A DNA stretch of 64,000 nucleotides from Eledone cirrhosa (Eukaryota). Below the pieces are notes generated by a model, which saw nothing but the letters and a program-made list of their open reading frames with translations, was not told the origin of the DNA and searched no databases. Position 1 is the first letter of the stretch, and every line of letters starts with the position of its first letter. Where the stretch lies: contig OZ024744.1 of assembly GCA_964016885.1 (NCBI GenBank), forward strand, positions 83,080,001 to 83,144,000, read 5' to 3'. Position numbers and translations under genes: made by a program. Shown in pieces: positions 62,761 through 64,000 of the stretch.

Positions 62761-63216
62761 CATAGGGCTCCAATATTTAATATTTAATTTTGTATCAGAA
62801 ATTTTATAGTAAAAAAAGAAAATGGTTACAAATGGTCACAAATGGAAGAAAACAACAGCCAAATAATTTCACCACCAACACCACCACCGCCGACGCCACC
62901 ACCACCACTACTACCACTAGATACAAACCAACAGCAGCAATAACACCATCACTACAGTACTAATATCTCATCACCACCGTCACCACTGCATCATCGCTAC
63001 CACCACTATTCCCTCTCTACCTCCTGTTAAGAGAGGGAAGGTAGTAGTTCCATTACACATGACTAGAAGCTAGGAAGTCACCAAAAGATATAAATAGACT
63101 GATTTAGTGACCCGGCTAACAGCTAACAACACCATAATAATTATTGTTGTATCTCTAAACTCTCTCAAAATGTTTAGTTTAAACGATGTAAAATCTAAAC
63201 TATAATATAATAATAT

Positions 63217-63304
63217 TAATTGTTTCTACTTTTGGCACCAGGCCAACAATTACTCAGTGCATTACTGGTACTTTATTTTATCGACCCCGTAAGGATGAAA
63301 GGCA
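63217..63304 (-). mobile_element. 5'-truncated SINE (family 1)
   Basis: aattgtttctacttttggcacc...gaccccgtaaggatgaaaggca. Confidence 0.85.
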
Positions 63305-63597
63305 GCAAGCCGAAAAATTACAGAGCAGAACACAGACAAAATCAAATGCAACATCAAAAGAAAAACAAATTTCAAAAGTTTTGAACGCAACAACCCCTAC
63401 TTCCCTCATAGCTAAAATCAAAAACAGCAGCAACAGCAGCAACAACACTAGTAACCGATGTTACTGCCCTTGAAAAACAAAAAGGAAAAAAGAAAAAAAA
63501 CTAAGTCAGACATTCAAACATTACAATGAAACTTATGTTTATTTTTTAAAGTTTTTATCGATTTATTTGTTCGTCTTCAGCGTGATGGTGCCACACT

Positions 63598-64000
63598 AAA
63601 ATCACCGGGGGTGATGCAATCACCGGTGGTTATGTAACCATACATTCACCAATCCTCGATATGAGTGATTAAATATCGAACCTAAACGGTTCGAATAACG
63701 GTGAAAAGGAGACTGGAATGTCATGTGAAAGACTCTCACCCAGCAAGTGTTCCCTGGCCCAGCAGCAGGGACCTGGCTGTCATCCAAATACTGCTGGTGT
63801 TGGAGGAAAAAGAAGGAAAGGGACAAGAACCAACTGGACGAAAGAATTGAATAGAACTATCATGAAATGTTACCTGAGAGTAACCCCATGGAAAAAGGCT
63901 ATAAGAAACGGATGCGTAACATCTGGAACGAGATTGCGAGATTGGTGTATTTAAATTAGATGAACAAAAATTGGCCGGGCAGGCTCGGGCAATAAGAACT
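63598..64000 (+). mobile_element. 5' end of an R4/Dong-clade-like non-LTR retrotransposon, running off the window
   Basis: WTKELNRTIMKCY...GYKKRMRNIW...EQKLAGQARAIR across frameshifts, resembling the Myb-like N-terminus of R4-clade ORFs; structured 5' UTR. Confidence 0.7.

Overview
AT-rich eukaryotic (animal) genomic DNA dominated by transposable elements and (TA)n/(AAT)n microsatellites. No host protein-coding gene can be supported. The main SINE family and the microsatellite load resemble octopod cephalopod genomes, which is recalled resemblance and not verified. Contents: six decayed Tx1/L1-clade LINE copies arranged as three head-to-tail pairs; two Penelope-like elements (PLEs), one with an intact 728-aa RT+GIY-YIG frame; RTE and R4/Dong-clade remnants; eight tRNA-derived SINE copies; a Tc1/mariner MITE; a non-autonomous Helitron cluster; and a ~9-kb 21-bp minisatellite with higher-order repeats. 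Main signals: (1) the large PLE has an upstream ORF overlapping the RT frame at a U-UUU-UUA -1 slippery site; (2) about ten minimal hammerhead-ribozyme folds, several with variant cores, often sitting in fold-back palindromes within (TA)n; (3) two HDV-like ribozyme folds at non-LTR 5' ends, one with a non-canonical L3 hairpin; (4) conserved splice-donor motifs in the Tx1 elements; (5) palindromic CTAG|TC Helitron junctions. All RNA structures were folded by eye and none has been computed or tested.
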